Assembly: GCA_016783505.1 (NCBI GenBank)
Contig: JADHWK010000008.1
Location: forward strand, 627 to 64,626
Origin: Candidatus Zhuqueibacterota bacterium
GTDB lineage: Bacteria > BS750m-G25
Direction of reading: 5' to 3'
DNA: 64,000 bases
Shown here piece by piece: positions 18,721 through 28,740 of the stretch. The notes beneath the pieces are model-generated. The model was not told the origin of the DNA. It made no database searches and saw only the letters and a list, made by a program, of their open reading frames with translations. The translations under genes and the position numbers were made by a program. The number at the start of each line of letters is the position of its first letter. Within the stretch, counting starts at the first letter, position 1.

Positions 18721-18771
18721 CCCGTGTTATCCCGAAGTATCGGGATGTCCTAGACCCCTAGATGAACGTGC
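18721..18771 (-). pseudogene. Truncated second tRNA-Glu copy with the same palindromic arm
   Basis: CCCGTGTTA-TCCCGAAGTATCGGGAT-GTCCTAGACCCCTAGATGAACGTGC; most of the T arm and the 3' acceptor strand are missing. Confidence 0.7.
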
Positions 18772-18906
18772 AGAAAACAACTAACTAAATTTAACCAATT
18801 AAAACCCGTAAGTCAACATTAAAACTTTTCCTAAACAAAAAAAACCCACTGATGAAGATGAAAACCAGTGGGAAGAGGGGGATAGAAACAATCGCTGAAG
18901 ATAGTT

Positions 18907-18981
18907 TGGCTGCGGGACTAGGACTCGAACCTAGACTGGCGGATCCAGAGTCCGCTGTCCTGCCAATTAGACGATCCCGCA
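18907..18981 (-). tRNA. tRNA-Gln(CTG)
   Basis: Anticodon arm GCGGA-CTCTGGA-TCCGC, GTTCGAGTC, CCA encoded. Confidence 0.95.
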
Positions 18982-19064
18982 TAAAACTATCTAAATATCT
19001 GAAAAATATTTCGGAAAATCAAGAGAAAAATGAAAGCCCAACCTTTCGCCTTTTTGGGGACGAC

Positions 19065-20132
19065 TCAGGGATTCCACCTCTCCACCCTCCGGTCTATCAA
19101 CTCCCCCTTCCGGTTGAATTTCTGGGTGATCTTCATACTGGTTCGGTCGTCATAGGTGTAGGTTTCAAACCCGGTCAAAAGCCCTGAGTCGCCAGCAAAG
19201 GTTTCCTTGCGGATTAAGTTTCCCTCTTTATCGTAGCGGTAGCTTTCCCAGAAGAGACACTTCCCGTCGGAACCATAGGTCCCCTGCCTGATCAGGCGCC
19301 GTAGTTGGTCGTAATGGTTCCGCTTCGTCCCTATAAACTGGTTATCTGGGTTGAATATTTCCTCTTTGATGTTCTTTCCATTCTCATCATATATATAACG
19401 GTGAGAAAAAAGAATTTCGCCATCGGCGCCAAATTCCTCCAGTCGGACTTTCCTTCCCCTTTCGTCATAGGTAAACTTCCACCACTTTTCTATGGCACCA
19501 TCAGGATTGAAAAACTCTATTTTTTCAATAATATTATTTTTAATATAATGAACCTTTATATGTCTAACGCCATGGATTTCTTCTTTTGTTATAGCATAAA
19601 GGGGCTGTTCTTTAAAAAAATTCCAGCGTTTAAAATATTTAGTGCCTCCGAGGTGTTCTAAAAACTCTCTTTTTCTTCTCGTTTCGCTGTAGGCCAGAGC
19701 ATCTTCGATGGTCCAATCCCTGGTCTTCATGATGGTGGTTTCGTCGACCTTTTTCCCGGGGGTATCCTCAAGGCCGGGTACCGTTGGTTCTTCTTTTCCC
19801 CCTGGGCCGGGTCCTGGTTCTGCGGTCACCGGGGTTCCCTGGACGGCAAATACCAGTGCCATAAACTCGTTTCTGGTTATTTCCCAGGATATGATCTTAT
19901 CCCTACCCTCATGCTGGTAGACCAGCCTCACCCGGTAGTTGCCGTCGTCCAGTCTCAAAATGGCGGCGGACTGGAAGCCCTCCATCCCCGGGAACAGCCC
20001 GTACCTTTCCCTCTCTGCCGCATCAATCTCCGGTCCTATTTCGGGGCTTAAGGGAATCACCGATCCCGTCTGCTGGGCGGGGGCGATCCTGAAAATCAGA
20101 AATATAGATATGACAATACTGAACTTCTTCAT
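19065..20132 (-). CDS. Exported protein with C-terminal YD/RHS-like repeats
   Basis: Signal-peptide-like N-terminus, Pro/Gly linker and about 24-aa repeats ending in YDERG/YDENG/YDKEG. Confidence 0.6.
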   Translation of the reverse strand: MKKFSIVISIFLIFRIAPAQQTGSVIPLSPEIGPEIDAAERERYGLFPGMEGFQSAAILRLDDGNYRVRLVYQHEGRDKIISWEITRNEFMALVFAVQGTPVTAEPGPGPGGKEEPTVPGLEDTPGKKVDETTIMKTRDWTIEDALAYSETRRKREFLEHLGGTKYFKRWNFFKEQPLYAITKEEIHGVRHIKVHYIKNNIIEKIEFFNPDGAIEKWWKFTYDERGRKVRLEEFGADGEILFSHRYIYDENGKNIKEEIFNPDNQFIGTKRNHYDQLRRLIRQGTYGSDGKCLFWESYRYDKEGNLIRKETFAGDSGLLTGFETYTYDDRTSMKITQKFNRKGELIDRRVERWNP

Positions 20133-20253
20133 AACATCATAAAATTACTATGAAAAAACCAGTTTGTCAAGGATAAACTTTATTTTGGGGTTGCATATCT
20201 GATTTTTTTCTTGTATATTTTTATGATTCTCTTTTATTTTGGTAATTTCGTTC

Positions 20254-21177
20254 ATGACTGATGACATCGTTCTGAGAACAATCAACCTCAGCAAGCGATT
20301 CGGCAACCGTTGGGCGGTTGATGATCTCAATCTAGAGGTTCATCGGGGGGAGGTGTTCGGATTCCTGGGACCTAATGGGGCGGGGAAGTCCACCACCATT
20401 CGAATGTTGCTGTCGCTGATTAAACCCTCCCGGGGAGACGTTGAGCTCTTTGGTCGCTCGGTCAAGCGAGAGTCCCATCGGTCGCTTGAGCGCATCGGGG
20501 CTATGGTGGAGAGCCCCGATTTTTACAACTACCTCTCGGCCCGCCGCAATTTAGACATCTTGGGGAAATTATCGGGAGGGGTGGACGGGAGCCGGATTGA
20601 TGAGGTGCTGAAGATCGCCGGCCTTTCTGACCGGGGCGGGGATAAGGTCAAGGCTTATTCCCACGGTATGAGGCAGAGGCTGGGGATTGTCCAGGCTTTG
20701 CTATCCCGGCCCGAACTGATCATTTTAGACGAGCCTACCACCGGGCTGGACCCCCAGGGGATGAAGGATGTGCGGGAGCTGATCGCCAGGATGGCCCGTG
20801 AAGAGGGAATTACCATTTTTCTCTCCTCCCATCTATTACACGAGGTGGAACAGGTCTGCACCTCTATGGCCATCATTGACTACGGGAAGCTGGTGATACA
20901 GGGGAGGGTTCGGGAGTTGTTGGAGGATAAGGGACTTTATATTACCGAAGTCAAGGTGGACCGGCCGGATGAAGCCCGAAAGCTTCTCTCCGCCCAAAGA
21001 TGGGTGGATTCTGTCCATCAGGATACCGATCAATTAAAGGTAAAATTAAAGACCGAATATATCCCCAGATTAAACATCTTGCTGGTCAGGCAGGGGTTTG
21101 AAGTACAGGCCCTTATCCCCCGGACTTCGCTGGAGGATTATTTCCTCTCCATCACCGGTTCGTCTAATGGAGGATAA
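20254..21177 (+). CDS. ABC transporter ATP-binding protein
   Basis: GPNGAGKST Walker A, YSHGMRQRL signature, ILDEP Walker B. Confidence 0.93.
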   Translation: MTDDIVLRTINLSKRFGNRWAVDDLNLEVHRGEVFGFLGPNGAGKSTTIRMLLSLIKPSRGDVELFGRSVKRESHRSLERIGAMVESPDFYNYLSARRNLDILGKLSGGVDGSRIDEVLKIAGLSDRGGDKVKAYSHGMRQRLGIVQALLSRPELIILDEPTTGLDPQGMKDVRELIARMAREEGITIFLSSHLLHEVEQVCTSMAIIDYGKLVIQGRVRELLEDKGLYITEVKVDRPDEARKLLSAQRWVDSVHQDTDQLKVKLKTEYIPRLNILLVRQGFEVQALIPRTSLEDYFLSITGSSNGG

Positions 21178-21223
21178 TTTTAGTCATTCTTTACCGGTAT
21201 GAAATTTATGTTGGGCTGCTTTT

Positions 21224-22081
21224 ATGTTTAGGGATATTATAAAATATTTTATTGTTTTAGTATACGGTTTACCTATGGTATCTACTGGAACCTTAATAGT
21301 AATAATTCCAACACAAGATGGGATTGTTATTGCGGGAGACAGCCGTTCAACAGTAGGTGGTAGTTATATTGACGGACAAGAAAAGATTTGTTTTGTGGAA
21401 AATATTGTAGATTTATCATTTACAATGACAGGGTTTACGCGAGCGAATCCGCCACCTCCTCAAAATGTTGGTCTATTATCTTGGTATGAAGAAGCCCCTC
21501 TTCTTTATGACGGAAAGAAAATTATGCATTCTTATCTGAAAGAGCACAAAACTGATCAAATTAATGAAAATTTCTTAATGAACTTAAGTAGAATATTAAT
21601 TGATACATTAACTAAATATTTTAATCAATCCCCCGCTGGTAAGGAAACTTTTAAAGGTAATGACATTTGTAAACCAGTAATAGTCAAATATGACTATGTT
21701 AATAATTGGTCTACAGTTGCAACTTTTGAAATTGCTTTCAATTCTATTGGTGCTCTTACCTTAAAAAATATCTCAATTGAAACATTGTCAGCTTCTGATA
21801 AACGATGTTTGTACCTTTTTGGTGAGGTCGACTATGTTATTAATAATGTTTTTAACGGCGAAGGTAGAGAATTTTTAGTATCAAATTTTAATGAATTGTA
21901 CGACAAACCTATTTTCATAGGGGATATGAAATCAGAAAATGCTTCAATAATTGCAAAGAGTATAATTGATGCGACTTCAAAAATAAGTGGTATTATTCCA
22001 ATACCAAGTGGTATTGGCATTGGTGGAACTCCTAGTATTTATCTTATTGATGGTAAAAATAATCCAAAACGAATATTTTAG
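21224..22081 (+). CDS. AT-rich hypothetical protein, possible Ntn-hydrolase (proteasome-beta-like) fold
   Basis: 'G-TLIVIIPTQDGIVIAGDSRST' resembles the N-terminus of proteasome-type beta subunits; the rest is unrecognised. Confidence 0.45.
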   Translation: MFRDIIKYFIVLVYGLPMVSTGTLIVIIPTQDGIVIAGDSRSTVGGSYIDGQEKICFVENIVDLSFTMTGFTRANPPPPQNVGLLSWYEEAPLLYDGKKIMHSYLKEHKTDQINENFLMNLSRILIDTLTKYFNQSPAGKETFKGNDICKPVIVKYDYVNNWSTVATFEIAFNSIGALTLKNISIETLSASDKRCLYLFGEVDYVINNVFNGEGREFLVSNFNELYDKPIFIGDMKSENASIIAKSIIDATSKISGIIPIPSGIGIGGTPSIYLIDGKNNPKRIF

Positions 22082-22277
22082 AGAAATAAGTAATCTAACC
22101 CTCATTGCACATGGCGTGATACTTGTATTGCGTCATTTTAGGGTTGGTGAGAAAAAACGATTGTAATTTCAGTTGCTAAATTTTCTAAACCACAAAGTCT
22201 CAAGTCTGTGATCTCTCTCTTTATTGTTTAACTAACTTGAAGTTGGCTCTTTTTGGTATTTAGAAGAGGAGGGTATT

Positions 22278-23636
22278 ATGAAAAGCAAAATTCTTGTTGC
22301 CATCATCTTTCTCCTGGCTCCGTTGCTGGCTTTATCGGCGGGGGAATACGGTATCTTGGCCACCGAGCTGGACAATGGTCTTGCTGTCATCGTGGTTGAA
22401 AATCATACCGTGCCCCTGGTTACCGTGGAGATCTGTGTAAAAAACGGGGCCTTCACCGAACCCCCGGAGTTTGATGGTCTCTCCCACCTCTACGAACACA
22501 TGTTCTTCAAGGCCAATCGGGCCATTCCCAACCAGGAGCGCTTCTTGGAGAGGGGACGGGAGCTGGGGACGGTTTGGAACGGAACCACCAGTACGGAACG
22601 AGTTAACTACTTTTTTACCCTACCCAAGGACAGCCTGTCTCCGGGGATGATCTTCATGAGGGATGCCATTTGTTCCCCCCTGTTCGATCAGGTTGAACTG
22701 GAGCGGGAGCGCTCTGTGGTTCTGGCGGAATACGACCGCGCGGAATCCAGTCCCTTCTATTATTTAGGTCGGGAAGTAAACAGATTGTTGTGGTATCAGT
22801 ATCCTTCCCGCAAGAACGTCCTCGGGGATCGGGATGTAATCAACACCGCTACCCGGGAGAAGATGTTTACCATTCAACAGCGGTTTTATATCCCCAATAA
22901 TTCAGCCCTGTTTTTGGCCGGGGACCTGACCCCCGAGGAGGGATTCTCCTTAGCCCGGGGAGTTTTCGGCGATTGGTCAAGGGGTGAGGGGCCATTCGAG
23001 AGCTTTCCTGTTCCTGAACATCCACCCCTGACTGAGAACAGAGCCGTTATTATCAATGATTTCCCGGTGCAGGCGGTGACCCTCCAAATGCAACTGATGG
23101 GACCCAGCGTCACGGCAGATCCCGGGGCCACCTTCGCCGCGGATGTCTTTTCCTACATTCTATCCCAGCCCAATTCCAGATTTCAGCGAAACCTGATTGA
23201 TACCGGGCTGGCGGTTAGGGCCTCCATCGGCTATTACACCCAGGCCCATACCGGGCCCATTAATATAAGCATGCAGTCAACTGCCAATAAGTTCCAAGAC
23301 GCCCGGGAGGCCCTCCTGGCAGAGATGGCCCACTTTGCCGATCCGGATTATTACACCGACGAGCAATTGGAGTCGGCAAAGAACCGGCTGGAGATCCAGG
23401 AGGTCTACAGCCAGGAGAGGACCAGCTCTTTCGTCCATACCCTGTCCTTCTGGTGGGCGGTGGTCGGGTTGGATTATTACCTGGATTACATTGACAACCT
23501 GAGGAAGGTGGATCGGCAGGCCATCACCGATTACTTGAGTCAATACATTCTGGATAAGCCCTATGTGGTTGGTGTTCTTATCTCAACGGAGGATCAGGAA
23601 AAAATTGACCTAAAAGAGGAGGATCTGTTGCCATGA
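22278..23636 (+). CDS. M16 (pitrilysin/insulinase) peptidase, catalytic subunit
   Basis: Signal peptide; HLYEH (HxxEH) zinc motif; NGTTS; ERSVVLAE. Confidence 0.9.
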   Translation: MKSKILVAIIFLLAPLLALSAGEYGILATELDNGLAVIVVENHTVPLVTVEICVKNGAFTEPPEFDGLSHLYEHMFFKANRAIPNQERFLERGRELGTVWNGTTSTERVNYFFTLPKDSLSPGMIFMRDAICSPLFDQVELERERSVVLAEYDRAESSPFYYLGREVNRLLWYQYPSRKNVLGDRDVINTATREKMFTIQQRFYIPNNSALFLAGDLTPEEGFSLARGVFGDWSRGEGPFESFPVPEHPPLTENRAVIINDFPVQAVTLQMQLMGPSVTADPGATFAADVFSYILSQPNSRFQRNLIDTGLAVRASIGYYTQAHTGPINISMQSTANKFQDAREALLAEMAHFADPDYYTDEQLESAKNRLEIQEVYSQERTSSFVHTLSFWWAVVGLDYYLDYIDNLRKVDRQAITDYLSQYILDKPYVVGVLISTEDQEKIDLKEEDLLP

Positions 23637-24970
23637 AAAAATTAGGAAAATATACAGTTGGCCTATTGGTACTGGTATCGGTTTTCTGCGCCCCACCCCC
23701 CAAAGTAGAGATACCCCCACCACCCAAGGTCAAGCCGGGGGTGGAGGAGTTTTACGTAAACGGCCTTCAGGTTCTTCTTAAGAAGGTCACCCTAAACGAG
23801 GTCATCTCCGTCGGGCTTTACCTCAAGGGGGGCACTACCGTCATTACTCCAGAGCAATCAGGCATAGAGTTGTTCCTGTTTGAGGCCGCTCAGAAGGGTT
23901 CCCAGAAATATCCCAAGGAAGAGCTGAACGCCGCCCTGGCCCGGATGGGGACGGTGATCGGGGTGAACGCCCGGTATGATTACACCGGGGTCAGCCTCCG
24001 CTGCATCCGGCCCCACTTTGACGAGTCCTGGGATATCTTAGCCGATGTAATTCTACATCCCACCCTGGATTCAGCCGAGGTGGAGATTGTGCGGCAGCGG
24101 CTGGTCACCAACGTGAAGCAAGAGAAGGACAACCCCGACGCCCATCTCCGTAATATGGTCAACACCCTGTTTTACAAAGATCATCCCTATGCCATGAAGA
24201 ACAATGGGACGGAGCAGTCCCTTTCCGCTTTAACCAGGGACGATTTGGCCGACTATCATAAGGATAATCTTTATATCTCCCGGCTGTTGCTGGTGGTGGT
24301 GGGGAATGTTGAGCGATCTGAGCTGGAGGCCAAGATTAGCGGAACCTTTGCGGCACTGCCTCAGGGGGAATACGACCCCCCCCAGGTTCCCTCCCTAATG
24401 GAAAAGGCGGCCCCGGACATGGTGACAGAGGAACGGGACCTTCCTACCAGCTACATTATTGCATATCATCCGGCCCCCAACCCGGGTGCGGACGATTTCC
24501 CAGCCTTCATGTTGGCTACCCGGATCCTGAGGCGGAGGCTTTTCGAGGAGGTGAGGACGAAGCGGAACCTGACCTATGCAGTGGCATCGGGACATAGTAA
24601 CCGGGTCACCAACTTCGGCTATCTGTACGTCACTACTATAAAGCCGGATACTACTATCAAAGTGATGTTCGGGGATGTTCAAAAGCTGCAATCCGAGCCC
24701 ATACCCCAGAAGGAATTGAACGACAACCGGAACGTCTTCCTCACCCGCTATTTTATGACCAAGGAGACCAATGCTGAGCAGAGGGAGACCTATGCCATAT
24801 GTGAGCTGGTGGGAAAGGGTTGGGAGGATTTTGATATCTTTGTGGGTCAGGTGAAGGCCATCACCCCAGCGGACATCCAGCGGGTGGCGCAGACCTATAT
24901 GCACAACTATCACTTCGCAATCCTAGGACACCCAGATAAGGTGGATAGGGAATTGTTCACCTCGCGTTAA
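23633..24970 (+). CDS. M16 peptidase, non-catalytic partner subunit
   Basis: ATGA overlap with the upstream gene; lipobox-like 'VFC'; M16 fold motifs (RLFEEVRTKRNLTY) but no HxxEH. Confidence 0.85.
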   Translation: MKKLGKYTVGLLVLVSVFCAPPPKVEIPPPPKVKPGVEEFYVNGLQVLLKKVTLNEVISVGLYLKGGTTVITPEQSGIELFLFEAAQKGSQKYPKEELNAALARMGTVIGVNARYDYTGVSLRCIRPHFDESWDILADVILHPTLDSAEVEIVRQRLVTNVKQEKDNPDAHLRNMVNTLFYKDHPYAMKNNGTEQSLSALTRDDLADYHKDNLYISRLLLVVVGNVERSELEAKISGTFAALPQGEYDPPQVPSLMEKAAPDMVTEERDLPTSYIIAYHPAPNPGADDFPAFMLATRILRRRLFEEVRTKRNLTYAVASGHSNRVTNFGYLYVTTIKPDTTIKVMFGDVQKLQSEPIPQKELNDNRNVFLTRYFMTKETNAEQRETYAICELVGKGWEDFDIFVGQVKAITPADIQRVAQTYMHNYHFAILGHPDKVDRELFTSR

Positions 24971-25010
24971 AATACTTCTGTTTATCAAACTTGACCCCTT
25001 GGGAACAACT

Positions 25011-25260
25011 GGCCAATCCCGAGGTTTCGGGGGAATTCTGTGACATTCGGTTACGTCAATCCGTCAGGCGACGGACTGAAGGGTTGCGGTTGTCCCGATC
25101 CCGAAACTCCGGGACGGGATTTCGTTATTTGTGGGACGGTTACCGTCATTGTTTCACCCACCCATTTACACGACTGAACTACTAATCTTTAAAACGACAA
25201 CCGAAAACCGCAAGACGATACGAGTCCCGAAGCTTCGGGACAACCGAAAGCCGATATACG
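25011..25260. repeat. Cluster of nested palindromes and ACAACCG/CGGTTGT heptamer-like repeats
   Basis: Three RTCCCGA-N4-TCGGGAY-type palindromes (25016, 25092, 25224) plus CCGTCAGG...CTGA. Confidence 0.55.
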
Positions 25261-25323
25261 TAACATACTAATTAAATTGAAGTCAATTCTTAGAAATTCC
25301 AAGATGTCAAAGTTAAAATTGTA

Positions 25324-26163
25324 ATGCTTAAGCTAATCCGAATTGAGTGCCTGAAGACGTTTTCCAAGTGGCGCACCTACATCGGGTTTATCGCCTTAGG
25401 GGTGCTTCTGCCCCTGATCATGCTGGGGCTGAAGTGGTCTGGAATAGAAAACTTTTATGAATGGGCGGTACGTTACCTGAAGATAAATTTTATTTTTGTG
25501 GGCACCCTTTTCAACGGTTACTCAGTATCCAACTTTATCATGAACTCCCTGTGGGTACACGTTCCCTTTTTGATCAGCCTGGTGGCCGGGGACGTGGTGG
25601 CTGGTGAAGGGGCGGCGGGGACCTTCCGCATCTATCTGACCCGACCGGTGACCCGGGCCCAGGTCATGGGGGCCAAGTTTGCGGGAACCGCCATTTACAC
25701 TTTCTCGCTGATTGTTTTTATGGGGGTGGTCAGCGTTGGGTTGGGGCTGATCCTGTTCGGAGGAGGGGATCTGTTGGTGGTGGAAAAGGGCATCCTGATC
25801 ATCCCCGCCCGGGAGGTGTTATGGCGATTTATCTTGGCCTATGGGTTGGCCTTCTGGGTCATGGGGGTGGTGGCCTCAGTGGCCTTTCTTCTCTCCACCT
25901 TAGTTAACAACTCCATCGGTCCCATTATCGGCACCATGGCCATCCTTAGCGTCTTTCTTATGATCAGTAACATTCCTATCGAACTTTTTCGGACCATCAG
26001 GCCCTACCTGTTCACCACCTATTTTGATGTCTGGCAGCGGGCCTTCTCCGACCCCATCCCCTGGGGGGAGATGGGCCGTTCCGTACTCTATTTGGGGATC
26101 TACATCCTGGGCTGCTTCGGGGTTTCCATGGTTATTTTCCACAGGAAAGACATATTAACGTGA
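25324..26163 (+). CDS. ABC-2-type transporter permease
   Basis: Six TM helices; 'AGEGAAGTFRIYLTRPVTRAQV..AK' ABC-2 motif. Confidence 0.88.
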   Translation: MLKLIRIECLKTFSKWRTYIGFIALGVLLPLIMLGLKWSGIENFYEWAVRYLKINFIFVGTLFNGYSVSNFIMNSLWVHVPFLISLVAGDVVAGEGAAGTFRIYLTRPVTRAQVMGAKFAGTAIYTFSLIVFMGVVSVGLGLILFGGGDLLVVEKGILIIPAREVLWRFILAYGLAFWVMGVVASVAFLLSTLVNNSIGPIIGTMAILSVFLMISNIPIELFRTIRPYLFTTYFDVWQRAFSDPIPWGEMGRSVLYLGIYILGCFGVSMVIFHRKDILT

Positions 26164-26176
26164 TTGCCTATAAAAA

Positions 26177-26207
26177 AAGGCGGAAGGGAATTTCCTTTCC
26201 GCCTTTT
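26177..26207 (+). terminator. Intrinsic terminator
   Basis: AAGGCGGAAGGGAA-ttt-CCTTTCCGCCTTTT; a similar hairpin lies at about 46950. Confidence 0.65.
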
Positions 26208-26226
26208 CCTTTTTTAAGGGGGGTCG

Positions 26227-26360
26227 TCATTTCAACAAAATCATCTTCCTCATCTTCTGAAACTTCCCCGCTTGGATTTGATAAAAATAGATTCCGGATG
26301 AATGACCGGATGCATCCCAGCTTATCTGGTAGTAACCGGCTGGTTGAGGATCATTAACTA
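26227..26360 (-). pseudogene. Orphan 3' fragment of a T9SS/FlgD-type CTD gene
   Basis: Minus strand reads LVNDPQPAGYYQISWDASGHSSGIYFYQIQAGKFQKM, then a frameshift; no upstream gene body. Confidence 0.75.
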
Positions 26361-26620
26361 ATATGGATATTTCTTGGCTAAAGGTATTAAAAATTTATAA
26401 GTAATATAGAGATCTTAAGGGCAACTTATCATAAAATTGAAGCAAAACCCATGTGTAAAAAACCTTAACCCGTAATTCCATCAACAGAAATCAAAAAAAG
26501 AGCTATCAAAAAGATGACTATAAGTAATAACATTATAGTTTATCCTTGTTATTTATTATGAAATTTAACGAATAAATTGGTAACTTAGAATAAATGGTAA
26601 ATAAGATTAATGTGAAATTG

Positions 26621-28468
26621 TCATCTAGTTCTTAGGCAATCAAATAATTCTTTCTTAAAAGCCAATAATGATCCCAAAACATTTAATTGAAACTTCTGAT
26701 ATTTCCATATTTCATTTTCCCCTAGCACTCTTTCACCACAGTACTTCTTATAAATATCCCCTATCTTTAAATCCTTAGACCTCTTGCCATTGTGTTCAAT
26801 ATCATGTCTAAACCATGTCCTTAAATGTTTAATATCGAATCCAATGAAATTACTGTCGATTTTGAATTCATCTGGAATACGTTTAAAGTTCCCACTTGAT
26901 TCATAAAACCAAAAATAAAGCTGGTCAATAAATTTTGCAAAATCATCCTCATTACTCACTAGATTTCCTAACAGAATGGAAGCTTCTTCGGTTTTAGAAC
27001 TTGATCTAAATATATTTTCTTCTCCATTTCTTCTCACTATTTCATTACATTTTGTCCTTAGACTTCTAACTTCACGAGCATAATCAGTCAACAATTGGTC
27101 ATTATTATTAATATGCTTATTTTCAAAAACTACAATTTTTTTCTTTTCCTGTTCGACTTCTGCTAAATCGCTTCTTAGCCATGATCGAATCTCATCGTCA
27201 TCAGGGTAATATTTAAGATATTCTTCTTCTACTTCAATAATCTTTTTTTTATCTTCTCCAATATTCGACATGGAAATTACAATTGGATATATTATTCCTT
27301 CGTGTGATAGGCTAACGTTATAATCTTTAAAAATTTCCACAATAAGTCTTGATAAGTACTTCTCTAAATGATCATACAATAGAGTAGGTGGAGGGTCAAT
27401 CGTATAATTCATAAAATAATTAAATAGATAGTCTATTGTAGAATATATATCTAGTTCGCATGAATTGATATATTCTTTCAATTGATCTAATTTTTTAGAT
27501 ATCACTAGAAAATAAATTTTAGCTCTTAAAAAACGCTCATTTAGTCCCTCCAGTATCTCATCATTCTCTACCATTTGTTCCAAGTTATTGAAAGTTTTTT
27601 CTATTATTATATAAGTGGTTTTTGCTTCATTGAATTTCAAATATTTAGAACTAGCAACATTATGAAAATATATCAAAAGCTTTTGTAATAAACACTTAAA
27701 AAATTCAAGAAACAATAAATCAAGTTTTGCTATGTTGTTTTTATTCTCAGAAATTTTTTCTTCCGAGTATTTAAGGTAAATTTCTTTTTCACGAAATAAC
27801 TTCATAGATTTATTTATATAAAACAATGCCCGTTTTTCATCATTCTTCATTCCGTAACTCAAACTAATTAATCTATAAAAACTGAGCTTCTCAATGAGTT
27901 GCTCTATTTCATCTTTATAGTAGATATTGGATTTCAAACCTCTCTTTGCCCAATAAATAGCTTTATCATATTTGTTTAATGAGTAATAACATTTCCCTAT
28001 TTCCAAATGACGATAACTTCTTTCATAAAAATCCCTTAATCCTCGTTGCATCTCCAAACGACTTTTAACTATATCATCATCTCTCTTTTTTAATAAATCA
28101 TCGATTCCCTTTTTGATTTCAACATTTCCTTTTTTGACTATCCCCGGCGCCAATGTATAATATTTAATTGCTTTCTCATATTCTTGCAATTCCTTGTAAA
28201 TAATTGCAAGCATATTAACACAAAGATATTTATCAGTCCAATCTAATCTCTTAATTTTTAATAACGATTTAATGCCTTCTATTGCCTTCTGGGGATTCTG
28301 GTGAGAAATGCCCATCATTTTTTTCAATTGATCTGAAGGATTTACATGCCCACATAAGACACAAATACCCCCACGTTTTTGAATTGTCCCATCTTCCTTA
28401 ACTTCTATTTTAACTCCCCAAAAGGTATTTTTCCCGCAATTAGGACAAGGTATAGGAATTTTGTTCAT
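26621..28468 (-). CDS. AT-rich Zn-ribbon + TPR protein with a C-terminal HEPN-like RxxxxH motif
   Basis: CPNC...CVLC; TPR-like 'LAIIYKELQEYEKAIKYY' and 'IGKCYYSLNKYDKAIYW'; C-terminal LRTWFRHD. Confidence 0.55.
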   Translation of the reverse strand: MNKIPIPCPNCGKNTFWGVKIEVKEDGTIQKRGGICVLCGHVNPSDQLKKMMGISHQNPQKAIEGIKSLLKIKRLDWTDKYLCVNMLAIIYKELQEYEKAIKYYTLAPGIVKKGNVEIKKGIDDLLKKRDDDIVKSRLEMQRGLRDFYERSYRHLEIGKCYYSLNKYDKAIYWAKRGLKSNIYYKDEIEQLIEKLSFYRLISLSYGMKNDEKRALFYINKSMKLFREKEIYLKYSEEKISENKNNIAKLDLLFLEFFKCLLQKLLIYFHNVASSKYLKFNEAKTTYIIIEKTFNNLEQMVENDEILEGLNERFLRAKIYFLVISKKLDQLKEYINSCELDIYSTIDYLFNYFMNYTIDPPPTLLYDHLEKYLSRLIVEIFKDYNVSLSHEGIIYPIVISMSNIGEDKKKIIEVEEEYLKYYPDDDEIRSWLRSDLAEVEQEKKKIVVFENKHINNNDQLLTDYAREVRSLRTKCNEIVRRNGEENIFRSSSKTEEASILLGNLVSNEDDFAKFIDQLYFWFYESSGNFKRIPDEFKIDSNFIGFDIKHLRTWFRHDIEHNGKRSKDLKIGDIYKKYCGERVLGENEIWKYQKFQLNVLGSLLAFKKELFDCLRTR

Positions 28469-28740
28469 AATTTAATTTCCTTTTGTATATTTACTCTGTG
28501 GTTTATAGTAAAAGCTTATGTCTTAATTTAAAAAACATTTTCACATAGACCTAGCTAACAATTGACGATTATTGGAAACATTTGTTACTTTAGTTGAATT
28601 TTTCAACTGGCACCGCTGGCGCCACGAAAATGATTACACTGCTGTATCAGTAATACATGAAAAAAGATATTTTTTAAGTTAATATCAATAATTATGGCAC
28701 ACTTCACTTTTGTAAGAGAAAATTTAAGTTTGTGATAATT

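Noticed and set aside
26440-26620. attC after the TPR-HEPN gene (GTTAAAT core followed by RBS and a short hydrophobic ORF remnant)
   Set aside because: No RYYYAAC or complementary inner boxes were found; a 7-mer core alone is expected by chance in AT-rich DNA.
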